This document shows positions 37,272-48,107 of a DNA stretch of 64,000 nt, in pieces; positions within the stretch are counted from its first letter, which is position 1; each line of letters opens with the position of its first letter. The DNA is from Thermoplasmata archaeon (GTDB taxonomy: Archaea > Thermoplasmatota > Thermoplasmata > Lutacidiplasmatales > UBA184). Below the pieces are notes generated by a model. That model had not been told where the DNA came from and searched no databases. It saw only the letters and a program-made list of their open reading frames with translations. A program made the translations under genes and the position numbers. The stretch is from NCBI GenBank assembly GCA_021802125.1, contig JAKAAX010000007.1, positions 8,983 through 72,982 of the forward strand. Reading direction: 5' to 3'.

Positions 37272-37866
37272 GGTGTTGTTCTCCCGACGGTGGCCCCGAA
37301 CCGGACCCGAGAATCGGCCCTCCGGCGAACTCTTCAGGTGGTTGGTGCCCCGTCGTATCTGAACACAAATTGCGATAGCTTCTACATAAAAGACGCGGCG
37401 CTATTCACCCGCATTCGGAGTCTCCTGGCGCGGGTAAAGTGTGAACGTCGGTTGATGCCTGACGAGCCGGGTCAGGTGACCAGAACCCCTGTCATATACC
37501 TCCCGAGAGCGATCTGGTAGACGCGCGGCCTGGTCTTCCTCAAAAGGAGGTTCGAGACCATGTTGGCGAGCCCGCTCCCCAGTGGGACCAGCACCTCTTG
37601 CAGCGGTGGGCTGCCCCGTTCTTCACGAACCTTCGGGAACCATCCTAGAGGAGAACCTTCTCTAGGTCGTAGACGAGGTCGGCCTCTCGACGCAGGATCA
37701 CCCCCACGACGTCGTCCCGAGCCGGGATCTGCGCCTGGTCGATCAGTTGGTCAAGGTCGGTCCGCTCGCCGGTTTCGGTCTCAGGGATCTCCTCCTCCAG
37801 TGGGGTTTGGCGGCCCGTCAGGCCAGGCGGTCCCCTCACATCAACCCGCATTCACACAGGACTGCG

Positions 37867-38163
37867 TCAGGCCGACCACGGCAGCTTCCGCGGCCGCCGG
37901 GGATGGGCGCGCGGCCGCTTCCAGATTCGCGTGAACACGACCGCCGTCCCGACCACCCTGTAGAAGACGCGGTACTCTCCCAGGTGGAACCGAAGCTTCC
38001 CGGGATGCCGCGGGCCTTGCTGGACGCGCAGCCAGGGGTAGGACTTGTAGGGATTCCGGAGGAGATAGACGAGCTTCTCCTGGAAGAGGACTTGGAGACG
38101 GTGCGGGAGCTCTTGGAACTCCCGGTCGGCGCTCTCGAGGAACTCGACGTCGTACGGGGTCAC
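37867..38163 (-). CDS. RelE/ParE-family toxin
   Basis: YDVEFLESADREFQELP...LRFHLGEYRVFYRV; GTGA overlap with the antitoxin stop. Confidence 0.8.
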   Translation of the reverse strand: MTPYDVEFLESADREFQELPHRLQVLFQEKLVYLLRNPYKSYPWLRVQQGPRHPGKLRFHLGEYRVFYRVVGTAVVFTRIWKRPRAHPRRPRKLPWSA

Positions 38164-38384
38164 ACGAGTCCTGCCTTGGCGAGGACCTTGGCGCCGGGGA
38201 CGCGCTTCTCGTGGGTCCACCGCCGCTCGATCTCAGCGTAGAAAGCGTGATCGAGGTAGGACTCCTCCAGGAGGTCCTGGATGACCTCGTCGAAGCTCTC
38301 GCCCGACCCCTTCACGGCCCCCAGCAGCCGGCGCGTGCGCTCGGTGACCGTGATCGTTGTCGGGCGTTCGAGGACGGCAGGCAC
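38160..38384 (-). CDS. RHH-type antitoxin
   Basis: TTITVTERTRRLL...GESFDEVIQDLLE; small gene directly upstream of the toxin. Confidence 0.78.
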   Translation of the reverse strand: MPAVLERPTTITVTERTRRLLGAVKGSGESFDEVIQDLLEESYLDHAFYAEIERRWTHEKRVPGAKVLAKAGLV

Positions 38385-38389
38385 GACAG

Positions 38390-38407
38390 GACAATTGTCG
38401 CCAATTG
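38390..38407. promoter_or_regulatory. Candidate TA operator
   Basis: Palindrome GACAATTGTC followed by a second CAATTG, just upstream of the antitoxin start. Confidence 0.55.
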
Positions 38408-38761
38408 ACAGAAGGGTTGTCGCGGACCGTGCCCCTCCCGGCCTGCGCGTTTGGGGAGGGCCCAGCCGCTCCCACGGCCCCAGAAGAGCCAACGGGGCCG
38501 CAGAGGGGCCGCAGGGTCGAGGCGAGGAGCGGGGGGCAGGCACCGCTACGAGGGAGGCCTCGTCCCCGGAGGGCGAAGCCCGAGGGGATGCGGCCGGAAC
38601 GGGAGGCTCAGGAGCCTTCGGTGGAGGCGCCGGAAGGGCACTCGCGGGAGTGAAGCCAGTCGAGCGAACGTCCCCACCGTTCGACGGAGCGGAGTTGGCG
38701 ACCGAGACGTTGTCCCCTTTCCCCTTGTGAACCCACGTCAAGCATACGCATTAATTCATGA

Positions 38762-38834
38762 TGGGCCCGGTCGGACTCGAACCGACGACCAACCGGTTAT
38801 GAGCCGGACGCTCTAGCCACTAAGCTACGGGCCC
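38762..38834 (-). tRNA. tRNA with CAT anticodon, most likely tRNA-Ile2
   Basis: GGGCCCG/CGGGCCC acceptor stem, CCGG-CT-CAT-AA-CCGG anticodon arm, GGTTCGAGTCC. The GGGCCC 5' end is typical of archaeal Ile tRNAs, not Met. Confidence 0.9.
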
Positions 38835-38898
38835 TGCGACGCCGGAGGAGGGCCCATCCATTTCAATGCGTGGTACGCTCGCGAACGTGAGCCCCCGC

Positions 38899-39354
38899 TC
38901 AGCGGTGCAGGGCCAGGCGCTCCCGGCCCTGCGCCGTCTCTTCCCCGACGGCTACAGGCTCTTCGACCTGTGGCCTTGGGCGGAAACCCCGGGAGACCGC
39001 CAGTTGGACCAGGTCCGCGTGGTCCTTGCCCAGGCCCTCCCACTCGGGGTAGGCCTCCAGTCGCGCGAGCTTCGGTCTCCCATCCCGGACGGAGAAGAGG
39101 AGGGCGTGCACGGCGAAGTGAGGGGTGCCTTCCAGCCGATAGAGCGTCCTGACCACGTACAGCGAGGGCTGGGAACGGATGTTCCAGATGGCCCGGGTCC
39201 CTTCCGTGCGGCTCTCCGCGAGCTTCTCCCCCGTGCACTCGAGCTCATGGAACGCCGAGCCGTCGGAGGAGAACGGACCGATCGCGAGTCGGAGCGAGGT
39301 CTTGGGCCGGGCGCTCGGGGAACCGGGCTTGGGTCGGTCGGAGGGGCTGGTCAT
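38899..39354 (-). CDS. Hypothetical protein
   Basis: GGTGAG SD before the ATG; globular-looking 151-aa ORF downstream of phoU. Confidence 0.6.
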   Translation of the reverse strand: MTSPSDRPKPGSPSARPKTSLRLAIGPFSSDGSAFHELECTGEKLAESRTEGTRAIWNIRSQPSLYVVRTLYRLEGTPHFAVHALLFSVRDGRPKLARLEAYPEWEGLGKDHADLVQLAVSRGFRPRPQVEEPVAVGEETAQGRERLALHR

Positions 39355-39447
39355 GAGCTCACCCGTTCCCCCGACCGGAGCGAGCAGCATCAAGGCCTAG
39401 AAGGTAGTCTATATAGCCCACTATAGACGGTGGGAGGTCCCGAGGAG

Positions 39448-40158
39448 CTAGGGGGCTCGACCCTCCGACTCCTTGACCGGGGTGGGCCCTCGATGGGGGC
39501 TCTCCCCGGTGACCATGTAGATCACCCGCTTCCCGATGTTGACGGCGTGGTCGGCGATCCTTTCCAGGTAGCGGTTGACCAGGAGAAGGTGGGCCCCCAC
39601 CTCGGGCTCGAGCGAACGCTCCTTCATGCCGAGGACGAGCGCCTGGAAGACCTCGTCGTGGAGGTCGTCCACCGAGTCGTCGAACCGGGACATGTCCTTG
39701 ACCGACTCCGCGTCGCGCGTCATGAACGCGCGGATCGCCGTGTCCACCATGTGGATCGTCAGGTCTCCCATCCGTACGAGCTGGCTCATCTGAGGTGGGT
39801 TTCCGCCGTGGAGCTTTCGAAGCTCGACCTCCGCCTCGGTGATGTCCCGGGCGTAGCGCCCGATCCGGTCGAGGTCCGTCGTGATCTCCAGGCAGGTGGT
39901 GATCGTCCGAAGGTCGCGCGCGACCGGGGCGTGGAGCGCGATCAGGTCCACGCAGGTCTTCTCCACGATGACCTGGAGCGCGTAGATCTCCTTGTCGAGG
40001 GTGGCGACCTCCTCGGCTTCCGCGACCTCGGCCCGCTGCATCCCGTCCATCGCCTTTCGGATGGCCAGTTCGGAGAGGTCCGCCAGCGTGCGGACATCCT
40101 CGTTCAGCCGGTCGAGCCCCTGTCCCAGGGCCTTGCGGCCTCCTTCCACGCCTCTCAT
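39448..40158 (-). CDS. phoU: Phosphate signalling protein PhoU
   Basis: [40 protein letters not shown] overlap with pstB. Confidence 0.93.
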   Translation of the reverse strand: MRGVEGGRKALGQGLDRLNEDVRTLADLSELAIRKAMDGMQRAEVAEAEEVATLDKEIYALQVIVEKTCVDLIALHAPVARDLRTITTCLEITTDLDRIGRYARDITEAEVELRKLHGGNPPQMSQLVRMGDLTIHMVDTAIRAFMTRDAESVKDMSRFDDSVDDLHDEVFQALVLGMKERSLEPEVGAHLLLVNRYLERIADHAVNIGKRVIYMVTGESPHRGPTPVKESEGRAP

Positions 40159-41102
40159 CCGAACCTCCCCGTGATGTAGTTCTCCGTGAGCTTCTCCTTC
40201 GGCTGCTCGAAGACCCGCTTCGTCGTGTCGAACTCGACCAGCCGACCTTGGTACATGAACGCCGTAAGGTCCGCGACCCGCGCTGCTTGCTGCATGTTGT
40301 GCGTGACGATGACGACCGTGTAGTCGCTCTTCAGTTCGAAGATGAGGTCCTCGACCCGCTGGGTCGCGACCGGGTCCAGGCTCGACGTGGGTTCGTCCAT
40401 GAGCAGCACGCGCGGGCTCACGGCGAGGGCGCGGGCGATGCACAGACGCTGCTGCTGTCCGCCAGACAGCGTGAGGGCTGGTCGGTCGAGCGCCTCCTTC
40501 ACCTCGTCCCAGAGCCCCGTTCTTCGGAGGGAGGAGACCACCGCCTTCTCGACGGTGTCCTCCGACTCGCCGTCCAGCCTCAGCCCGAACGCCACGTTCT
40601 CGAAGACCGAGGTGGGGAAGACCGTCGGGCGCTGGAAGACCATCCCGATCCTTCGGCGGACGAGCACGGGATTGACCTGGGCGCCGTAGATGTCCTGCCC
40701 CAGGTAGCGGACCGTCCCCTTGACCTGCAGGTGGTGAAGCTCCACCATCCGGTTCATGGACCGAAGGAGCGTCGTCTTGCCGCAGCCCGACGGCCCGATG
40801 ATCGCGGTGACCTTGCCGACGGGGATGTGCAGGCTCACGTCGCTGATGAGCGGCTTGTTCCGGGCCAGGACCGATAGCCGATCGATGGCGAGGATGATCT
40901 CCCCGCGGTCCTCGGAGGCTGCGGCGATGGGGGAAGTGGCCGCCCGAGGGGAGCCGGCCGAGAGGGGGGTCCCGCAGCGTCCGCACTTGAGCGGAGCCTC
41001 CGTCCCGGCGGCCGCAACGGGAGCCCCACACTTCGGGCACACGAGCGGGGACGATCCGGCGCTGGACCCACGGGGCACGAGGTTGTCGTTCCTTTCGTTC
41101 AT
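40155..41102 (-). CDS. pstB: Phosphate ABC ATPase PstB with N-terminal zinc ribbon
   Basis: [40 protein letters not shown]. Confidence 0.93.
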   Translation of the reverse strand: MNERNDNLVPRGSSAGSSPLVCPKCGAPVAAAGTEAPLKCGRCGTPLSAGSPRAATSPIAAASEDRGEIILAIDRLSVLARNKPLISDVSLHIPVGKVTAIIGPSGCGKTTLLRSMNRMVELHHLQVKGTVRYLGQDIYGAQVNPVLVRRRIGMVFQRPTVFPTSVFENVAFGLRLDGESEDTVEKAVVSSLRRTGLWDEVKEALDRPALTLSGGQQQRLCIARALAVSPRVLLMDEPTSSLDPVATQRVEDLIFELKSDYTVVIVTHNMQQAARVADLTAFMYQGRLVEFDTTKRVFEQPKEKLTENYITGRFG

Positions 41103-41998
41103 TCGTAGAGCCCCGCGAGGCGTCGTCGGTATCGGTCGGAGAGCACCTGGACCACGATATTGATGGCGAGCACGATCACGATGAGCAGGAACGCGGCCTG
41201 GAAGGCCAGCGCGAGGAAGGACCCGAAGGAGCGCGGGAAGTCGTAGAACGCCCAGATGCCTCCGGTGAGGAAGGAGGTCGGCTGCATCAGGCTCTGGACC
41301 GGGGTCGAGCTCCACCCGGCGGTGTAGACGAGAGGCGCGGCCTCTCCAAGTCCCAGGGCCATCGCAAAGAACACCCCGGTGAAGATGGTCGGGAACGCGA
41401 TCGGGAAGGCGACCCGGCGAAGGTACTGGAGGCGGCTGGACCCCAGCGCCAGGGAGGCCTCCCGTTGGCTCGGAGGAACGTTCGACAGCGCGATGTCGGT
41501 GGTTCGGAAGATGTACGGGAGCATGAACACGCCCAGGATGATCCCTCCGGCGAGGGTCGTGAACCCCCAGTGGGTGTAGAGGACGAGGGCGTAGTACCCG
41601 AAGTATCCCAGGACGATCGCCGGGATGCCCGCGAGCACGTTGCCGGCAAGCCGGGCGATCCGCTTGACGGCCGGCGGGGCGAACTCCGCGGTGTAGAAGC
41701 CCGCCGAGATCCCGAGGGCGCCGGCGATCCCCGTGCCCAGGGTGATGAGGACGAGCGTCCCCCAGATCATGGCGTAGAGACCTCCGCCCGTGCCCACCTG
41801 GTTCTGGGTGAGCGTGGCCCATGACATGGTGGGGAGGGCGTAGCTCGCGACCCACCCGATGAGGTCGAAGAGAGGGAAGAACACGGCCGCGAAGGCGAGC
41901 AGGAGCACCCAGCCGATGACCCGGTCGAAGAGGATCCTTCGCCGCATGCGTCCGGAGGTGTGGGTGAGCTCGTCCCCCAGCCCCGTCGTCACCTTCAT
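41099..41998 (-). CDS. pstA: Phosphate ABC permease PstA
   Basis: [25 protein letters not shown]; operon position. Confidence 0.92.
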   Translation of the reverse strand: MKVTTGLGDELTHTSGRMRRRILFDRVIGWVLLLAFAAVFFPLFDLIGWVASYALPTMSWATLTQNQVGTGGGLYAMIWGTLVLITLGTGIAGALGISAGFYTAEFAPPAVKRIARLAGNVLAGIPAIVLGYFGYYALVLYTHWGFTTLAGGIILGVFMLPYIFRTTDIALSNVPPSQREASLALGSSRLQYLRRVAFPIAFPTIFTGVFFAMALGLGEAAPLVYTAGWSSTPVQSLMQPTSFLTGGIWAFYDFPRSFGSFLALAFQAAFLLIVIVLAINIVVQVLSDRYRRRLAGLYE

Positions 41999-43053
41999 TC
42001 TCCACCCCCCAGCGTTGTCGCGGTCGCGAGCTCGACCCGCGTGAAGCGCTGCGCGACGAGGTTCACCACCACGGCGACCACTAGGAGGACAAGGGAGAAC
42101 TCGACGAGCAGGACGAAGAGGTTCGGATAGATGAGGGCGCTGTCCAGCTGGGAGAAGATGAAGGAGGCGACCGTCGTGGTCGAGGCGTACAAGTTCGGCG
42201 GTAGCGCGATCGAGGTCCCCCCGATCACCATGGCCACCGCGACGCTCTCGCCGAGAGCTCGACCGAAGCCGAGGAGGACGGCGCTCCACAGGCCGTTGCG
42301 CGCGACCGGAAGACGGACCCGACGGACCACCTCCCATCGCGTCGCCCCGACGGCCAACCCGGCCTCGACAAGGTCTCTCGGAACGCTTCGCAGCGCCTCG
42401 CGCATGAGCGCCGTCGTGAGCGGGATGATCATGATGGTCAGGACGAAGACCGCGAGCAGGGTTCCCCACGGCCCGATGTCCGATGCCGGGCCCCCAAAGC
42501 CCGGAAGCCAGCCCAGGACGTCCCGAAGCGAGGGCTCCAGCGTGAGTCCGAAGTAGGGAGCGAGGACGACGAACCCCCAGATCCCGTAGACCACGCTCGG
42601 GATGCCCGCGAGCAGGTTCGTGACCATGGAGAGCAGCCGGCCGGGGAGAGGAGGAAGGTAGACCACCGAGGAGATCGCCAACGCGAGGCTCAGCGCGGTC
42701 GCCAGGACCAGCGAGAGGGAGGCGGTGAGGAACGTCCCCACCAAGAAGACGCCGATCCCCCAGCTCGATGCGTCCGGCTCGCCCGGAACGAACCTGTACT
42801 GGAAGCCCCAGAAGGTGAGCCCGAAGTCCTTGAGCCCGCTCGCGATGAGCAGCACCGCTACGACCGCCCCTAGGATGAGCAGGGGGATCAGGGCGACCGG
42901 GCTCCCGAGCCACGCCCCCAACGTCGAGGACCGCGCTTCGTCGGTGGAGAGGCGGGCTTGGGAGGCCGGGGGGGGCGGGGGTTCCCCCGCCCCCGGGGGA
43001 AGTGGTTGGGTTTCGGCCGCGTTCAATCTTGGGTCCCGGGTCCTTTGCGTCAC
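41995..43053 (-). CDS. pstC: Phosphate ABC permease PstC
   Basis: [35 protein letters not shown]. Confidence 0.92.
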   Translation of the reverse strand: MTQRTRDPRLNAAETQPLPPGAGEPPPPPASQARLSTDEARSSTLGAWLGSPVALIPLLILGAVVAVLLIASGLKDFGLTFWGFQYRFVPGEPDASSWGIGVFLVGTFLTASLSLVLATALSLALAISSVVYLPPLPGRLLSMVTNLLAGIPSVVYGIWGFVVLAPYFGLTLEPSLRDVLGWLPGFGGPASDIGPWGTLLAVFVLTIMIIPLTTALMREALRSVPRDLVEAGLAVGATRWEVVRRVRLPVARNGLWSAVLLGFGRALGESVAVAMVIGGTSIALPPNLYASTTTVASFIFSQLDSALIYPNLFVLLVEFSLVLLVVAVVVNLVAQRFTRVELATATTLGGGE

Positions 43054-44304
43054 CTAGTTGCTGATCGGCACCGCGTTGAGGGCCTGCATGTCGTATCCGA
43101 TGACGGCCGCCGTCAGGGGCAGGAACGACACCTGGGGTGCGTAGGTCCCTCCGTAGGCCAGCGACCACTCGAGGAAGGTCAGCACGGCCTTCATGTGGGA
43201 CTGGCTCGCCGGGGAGGAGGAGATCAGCAGATACTCCAGGTTCGTGTCGGGATACGGCGACGGGAAGGCCGAGCTCGCGAGCGTGCCCCCCGCTCCAAGG
43301 ACGAGGTTCGTCGCGCCGGGAACCCCGCCGAGGATGAGGCTCACTGCGACGCTGGGCGGCTGCAGGTTCTGCAGGCCGAGGTTCGCGTCCTGGCTGATGG
43401 TGTAGGCCGAGGGCAGGATGTAGTTCTGCTGGCCCGCGCCTCCCGAGCTCACGACACCGTTCACGTTCGCGTTCTGGTCACCGACCGCCGCATAAGCAAG
43501 CCCTGCCGTCGAGTTGACCTGCTTGAGGTAGCTGATGCCGATGTACGCGATCCCGTACTGGGTGCTGCCGAGCAGCGTGACCATCCCGGAGTTGCCCGTA
43601 GCCGAGGGCCCGACCGGCCAGGTGATGGTCGTGCCGTACTTCTGCGCCCAGCCGCTCCAGGACATGTAGCAGAGCGAGCTGAACATGAACGTGTCCCCGC
43701 TGCCGTCCTGCCGGTGGATGGGCACGATGGTGTTGCCGGGGAGCGACACGCCCGGGTTGGCCGCCTGGATGAGGGGGTCGTTCCACTTCGTGATCGCGCC
43801 CTGGTAGATCATCGACAGGATCGTCCCGTTGAGGTTCAGATGGGAGCTGATCCCCGGGATGTTGTAGACGATGAGCTGCGCTGAGATCGCGATCGGGAAG
43901 TTGATGAGGTTGTGCCCGGAGGCCGTGCTGGGGGTCAGGTAGGCATCCGTGCCGCCCATGTCGACCGTCCCGGCTTCTGCCGAGCTGATCCCCGTGCCGC
44001 TACCGGTACTGGCGGGCGAGAGCGCGATGTTCGGGTAGACCGCGCTGAACGCCGGAGAGAGCACCTGCAGGTACGGGTAGATCAGGGACGACCCGGTCTC
44101 CGAGATGGTGGTGGTCGACGTCGAGCTGTTCCCCGAGGAGCCGGAAAGGGCGTACTTGGTGACCGCGTAGCCCGTTCCAATCCCCACGAGGAGGAGCACG
44201 ACCCCAAGTCCGAGGGCCGCGCCCTTGGACATGGTGGAGCTCTTCCTCCGGATGGCTCCTCCGGAGAGGTTGTCGTTCGGTCCTGTCGAATGGCTGTTGG
44301 TCAT
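43054..44304 (-). CDS. pstS: Phosphate-binding protein PstS
   Basis: ETGSSLIYP, STGSGTG, HRQDGSGDT, GNSG; N-terminal membrane anchor. Confidence 0.92.
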   Translation of the reverse strand: MTNSHSTGPNDNLSGGAIRRKSSTMSKGAALGLGVVLLLVGIGTGYAVTKYALSGSSGNSSTSTTTISETGSSLIYPYLQVLSPAFSAVYPNIALSPASTGSGTGISSAEAGTVDMGGTDAYLTPSTASGHNLINFPIAISAQLIVYNIPGISSHLNLNGTILSMIYQGAITKWNDPLIQAANPGVSLPGNTIVPIHRQDGSGDTFMFSSLCYMSWSGWAQKYGTTITWPVGPSATGNSGMVTLLGSTQYGIAYIGISYLKQVNSTAGLAYAAVGDQNANVNGVVSSGGAGQQNYILPSAYTISQDANLGLQNLQPPSVAVSLILGGVPGATNLVLGAGGTLASSAFPSPYPDTNLEYLLISSSPASQSHMKAVLTFLEWSLAYGGTYAPQVSFLPLTAAVIGYDMQALNAVPISN

Positions 44305-45533
44305 ACGTTCTTTCCTCCTTTCTTTGGGATCATGTTGTTCCCTGGGATTGGGCCGACCTGGCCCTGCGGATGCGGACCCGCGCTCACGCTGGCCCGGTGG
44401 ACCGACGGACGGACCACGTCGTGGAGGCCGTCGTACCGGGTGTGCACCCAGCCGATGGCCGCGCGGTCGAGCGAAAGCTCCGCGATGTCCGCCACGTAGG
44501 CGGCCGAGCGATCGATGGAGTCGAGGACCTGCGCGATCCACGCGGCGGTGAGCGGCGGGACCTGCGTGGAGGTCCTTCTCGAAAGCAAGCTCTGGAGCAG
44601 CGCGATGTGGCTCTCATGGAGCGATCCGGCGATGTCCGCGATCTCGTTCGCGGCGCTGGCGTCGGGCCGCTCGACCAGCGGGATGGCCCGCTCCAGCAGC
44701 TCCGTGACCTGGGCGTGGAACTCGGCCACGGGACGGAAGCGGGAGGGATGGATGCCGGTCCGGGGGAGGCTCGCGGATGCCCGACCGATACGGACCGCAT
44801 GGTCCGCGATCCGCTCCAGGGCCCGTGATATCGCGAGAAGGGGCAGCGATGCGGACGCGCCACCGGGGACCATGGTCTCGGCGGGCGCGCGCAGGAACTG
44901 CGCCGCGAGCGTGCGGTGGACGCGCCACTCCAGCCGGTCGATCTCGTCGTCCTGCCCCTCCCAGTAGGAGTCCTCCTCCACGCTGGGCGCGCGCGACAGG
45001 CCCTCTCCTGCCCGCTTCTGCAGGTCGAGAGCGGCCCGGGCCATCCGAACGACGACCTGAACGGGATCCGCCGGAGCCGCGTTCGAGATGTCGCGAAGGA
45101 CCAGGGTCGAGTTTCCCTCGGCCACCACTTCCATGCGCCCGCTGCGACGAGCGAACTCCCGGACCGTCCTCTGGACGGCCTGGGACATGCCCCTGGGGAA
45201 GTCCAGCACCAGATCCGTGGTCCCTGCGAGGTAGGCCGCGACGAGGCAGCGGAAGAGGTGCTCGAGGGGCTCCTCGGAGCGACCGGTCACCTGGGCTCCC
45301 CAGGTGGTATCGCGTACCCGGACGTCCTCTAGGATGAGGCGACCAGGGCCGCCATCCCGAAGCCGTAGGCTTCCCCCCAGCTGAAGCCCGTTGTTCCGGA
45401 CCCAGGATCTCGGGACCGCGACCACGACCTCGCCCTTGCCCGCCCGCCGAAGCAGACGGATGGACTCCCCCCTCCTCTCCGCGTCCGGGTCGGAGCTTGG
45501 TCTCGGCGGGGCCTCCGCCTGCTCGCTCATCAT
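44301..45533 (-). CDS. AbrB-PhoU phosphate uptake regulator
   Basis: N-terminal VVAVPRSWVRNNGL (AbrB-like) and PhoU repeats DDEIDRL and [10 protein letters not shown]. Confidence 0.85.
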   Translation of the reverse strand: MMSEQAEAPPRPSSDPDAERRGESIRLLRRAGKGEVVVAVPRSWVRNNGLQLGGSLRLRDGGPGRLILEDVRVRDTTWGAQVTGRSEEPLEHLFRCLVAAYLAGTTDLVLDFPRGMSQAVQRTVREFARRSGRMEVVAEGNSTLVLRDISNAAPADPVQVVVRMARAALDLQKRAGEGLSRAPSVEEDSYWEGQDDEIDRLEWRVHRTLAAQFLRAPAETMVPGGASASLPLLAISRALERIADHAVRIGRASASLPRTGIHPSRFRPVAEFHAQVTELLERAIPLVERPDASAANEIADIAGSLHESHIALLQSLLSRRTSTQVPPLTAAWIAQVLDSIDRSAAYVADIAELSLDRAAIGWVHTRYDGLHDVVRPSVHRASVSAGPHPQGQVGPIPGNNMIPKKGGKNV

Positions 45534-45569
45534 AGGTTCCGACAACGAGCGGCGAACCTTCTGGCGCGC

Positions 45570-45601
45570 ATATATAGAAGTTGAAAATAGACTATAGTCT
45601 A
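45570..45601. promoter_or_regulatory. TATA element plus perfect 14-bp palindrome TAGACTATAGTCTA
   Basis: ATATATAG at 45570-45577 and the palindrome at 45588-45601, in the divergent intergenic region of the pho locus. Confidence 0.65.
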
Positions 45602-45891
45602 CAACATAGAACCCAAGGTGTCCTCCCGGGGCGCCCCCCCACCCCCTTCACGCCGATGGAAAGCGTAGATCCCCCTCCTCCCAGAAAAGCCCTGCCGGTC
45701 GGCGGAGGTTCCCGATCCCGGGGGTCCCCCCGACAATCCTCGAGGTGGAGAAGGCCCGTTCCCGGACCCGCCTTCCCCCCAACCCCGCGTCCTCGAAACC
45801 TGGGAGAGATATGTATCACACCATATGACAATGAAATTCACTATAGTGTCTACAGGTTCCCCTTATCCCCAACCCCCTCGCTCAGCGGTCG

Positions 45892-48021
45892 ATGACCGAC
45901 CGCCCAGGGGTGGAGGTCGCGCCCGTCCCCACGATGCGGACGGCCGCCAAGGAGCGGCAGAAGATCCTCGCCTCGCTCGACTCCACGCAGACCCAGGCCT
46001 TCCATCTCCGGACCATCGTGGTCGCCGGGATGGGTTTCTTCTCGGACGCCTACGACCTCTTCGTCATCTCGATGGCGTTGCCCATCTTGGGCTTCCTCTA
46101 CGGTACCAGTGGGTCCCTCCCGAAGCTCGAGCTCTCCGCCATCGCGGCGTCCGCCCTGTTCGGTGCGGTGGTCGGACAGGTCTTCTTCGGGATGCTGGCC
46201 GACAAGTTCGGGCGGAAGAAGATCTACTCGCTCACGCTCTCGGTCATGGTCATCGGAGCGGTGGGGAGCGCGTTCGCCTCCCCGTTCATGGGGCTGGACC
46301 TGGTGATGGTCCTCGTCCTCTGGAGGTTCCTGCTCGGGTTCGGGGTGGGGGGAGACTATCCGCTCTCGGCCACCATCATGAGCGAGTACAGCAACATCCG
46401 CAGCCGGGGAAGGCTCATCGCGAGCGTGTTCGCGATGCAGGGCTTCGGGCTGCTCACGGGAGCGGTCGTTTCGCTGGCCGCCATCCTGGTGCTCCCGGTC
46501 CACGACCTCGACCTGGTCTGGAGGATCATCCTCGGGTTCGGGGCGGTCCCGGCCCTGGCGACGATCTACTTCCGGACCAAGATGCCGGAGACCCCGCGGT
46601 TCCAGCTCGCGGTCCAGGGCGACGTGGAGGCCGCCTCAAAGACCATCACCACGCTCACGGGGAAGGCCTCGACGAGCCGGGCCATCGGGACCCCCTCGTC
46701 CCGCCACATCAAGGTCCCGCTCGGGACCTTCCTCCGAAACTACGCCCCGGTCCTCTTCGGGACCGCCGCGTCGTGGTTCCTGCTGGACATCGCGTTCTAC
46801 TTCTCGAACATCTTCAATCCGACCGTCCTCACCCACATCGGGTTCGCCTCCTCCAAGCCCACGACGTTCCTCCTTGCGCACCAGGCGGTGCTCACGCTGG
46901 CCGAGGGGAACATCCTGATCGCGCTCTTCGCGACCGTGCCGGGATACTGGGCCGCGGTGGCCCTCATCGACCGCTGGGGCCGCCGAAGCCTCCAGATCAT
47001 CGGGTTCGGCATCATGGCCTTCTCCTTTGCGATCCTCTCGTTCTTCTACAGCTCCCTGCTCGGGACCTCCCTCCTCCTGTTCCTCGCCGTCTACGCGACG
47101 ACCTTCTTCTTCGCGAACTTCGGGCCCAACACCACGACCTTCGTGATCCCGAGCGAGGTCTATCCCACGCAGTTCCGGGGGACCGGGCACGGCATCTCGG
47201 CCGCCTCAGGGAAGCTGGGCGCGGCGATCGCGACCTTCTTCCTGCCGCTCTTCCTGGTCGCGAACGGTCTGCCCCCCACCCTGCTCGTGCTCGCGGGGGT
47301 CTGCTTCCTGGGGTTCTTCATCTCCCTCGTCACCACCCCGGAGACCACCGGTCGTGCCCTCGAGGACGTCTCCCGCGAGGACGAGCTTCACCTCATGGTG
47401 GAGCGGTTCTCCGGGCATCTGGAGGGACTGGTCGACGCGGTGAAGCTCGGGGCGGGGGAGCTCAACGTGCTCCTCGCGAACCCTCCGACCGAGCTTTCCG
47501 AACGGGTCCCCCGCATCTCGGCCATCGAACAGCAGGCGGACGAGGCGGTCCATCAGATCTACATCGACCTCAACAACAAGGTCATGCGGACCCAGGTGCG
47601 CTCGGACGTGGGTGCGCTCGCGAGCCACCTGGACGACATCATGGACGGCATCGAGGCCGTGGCGGCGCGGATGAAGACCTACCACTTCGTCGACAGCGAC
47701 CCGGACCTCAAACGGTTCGGCGAGATCGTGGTGCAGTGCGTCGATGAGGTGGGGGTGGGCATCCACGCGCTCGACGGGCTACTGGACGGGAAGACCACCG
47801 AGCTCCAGCATTCCATCGAGGAAGTGAACCGTCTGGAGAACGAGGCGGACGACCTCCTCCGGGGTCTTCTCGAGCGGCTGTTCAACGACTCGAAGTCGGC
47901 CCTGGAGGTCCTGAAGTTGAAGGACCTCTACGAGCGGCTCGAGGTCATCACCGACCGGTGCGAGGACGTGACGGACGTCTTCCAGGACCTGATGGTCCGG
48001 TACGCGGTGCTGGCGCCGTAG
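45892..48021 (+). CDS. Pho84/PHS-like MFS phosphate transporter fused to a DUF47 (PhoU-like) domain
   Basis: AGMGFFSDAYDLF, GGDYPLSATIMSE, FAMQGFG, NFGPNTTTF. The C-terminus has EQQADE, LDDIMD, LENEAD, LEVITDRCEDV. Confidence 0.9.
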   Translation: MTDRPGVEVAPVPTMRTAAKERQKILASLDSTQTQAFHLRTIVVAGMGFFSDAYDLFVISMALPILGFLYGTSGSLPKLELSAIAASALFGAVVGQVFFGMLADKFGRKKIYSLTLSVMVIGAVGSAFASPFMGLDLVMVLVLWRFLLGFGVGGDYPLSATIMSEYSNIRSRGRLIASVFAMQGFGLLTGAVVSLAAILVLPVHDLDLVWRIILGFGAVPALATIYFRTKMPETPRFQLAVQGDVEAASKTITTLTGKASTSRAIGTPSSRHIKVPLGTFLRNYAPVLFGTAASWFLLDIAFYFSNIFNPTVLTHIGFASSKPTTFLLAHQAVLTLAEGNILIALFATVPGYWAAVALIDRWGRRSLQIIGFGIMAFSFAILSFFYSSLLGTSLLLFLAVYATTFFFANFGPNTTTFVIPSEVYPTQFRGTGHGISAASGKLGAAIATFFLPLFLVANGLPPTLLVLAGVCFLGFFISLVTTPETTGRALEDVSREDELHLMVERFSGHLEGLVDAVKLGAGELNVLLANPPTELSERVPRISAIEQQADEAVHQIYIDLNNKVMRTQVRSDVGALASHLDDIMDGIEAVAARMKTYHFVDSDPDLKRFGEIVVQCVDEVGVGIHALDGLLDGKTTELQHSIEEVNRLENEADDLLRGLLERLFNDSKSALEVLKLKDLYERLEVITDRCEDVTDVFQDLMVRYAVLAP

Positions 48022-48107
48022 ATGGCCGGGGCGGCCCGCGCGACCCTCGTGTCGACCTCAGGCCCCGAGGCCAGCTCCGTGCTCCCCGTGGGGGGGAGGG
48101 GGGAGAG

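Noticed and set aside
38762..38834. tRNA-Met call
   Set aside because: The acceptor stem matches Ile-type tRNAs and the initiator features are absent.
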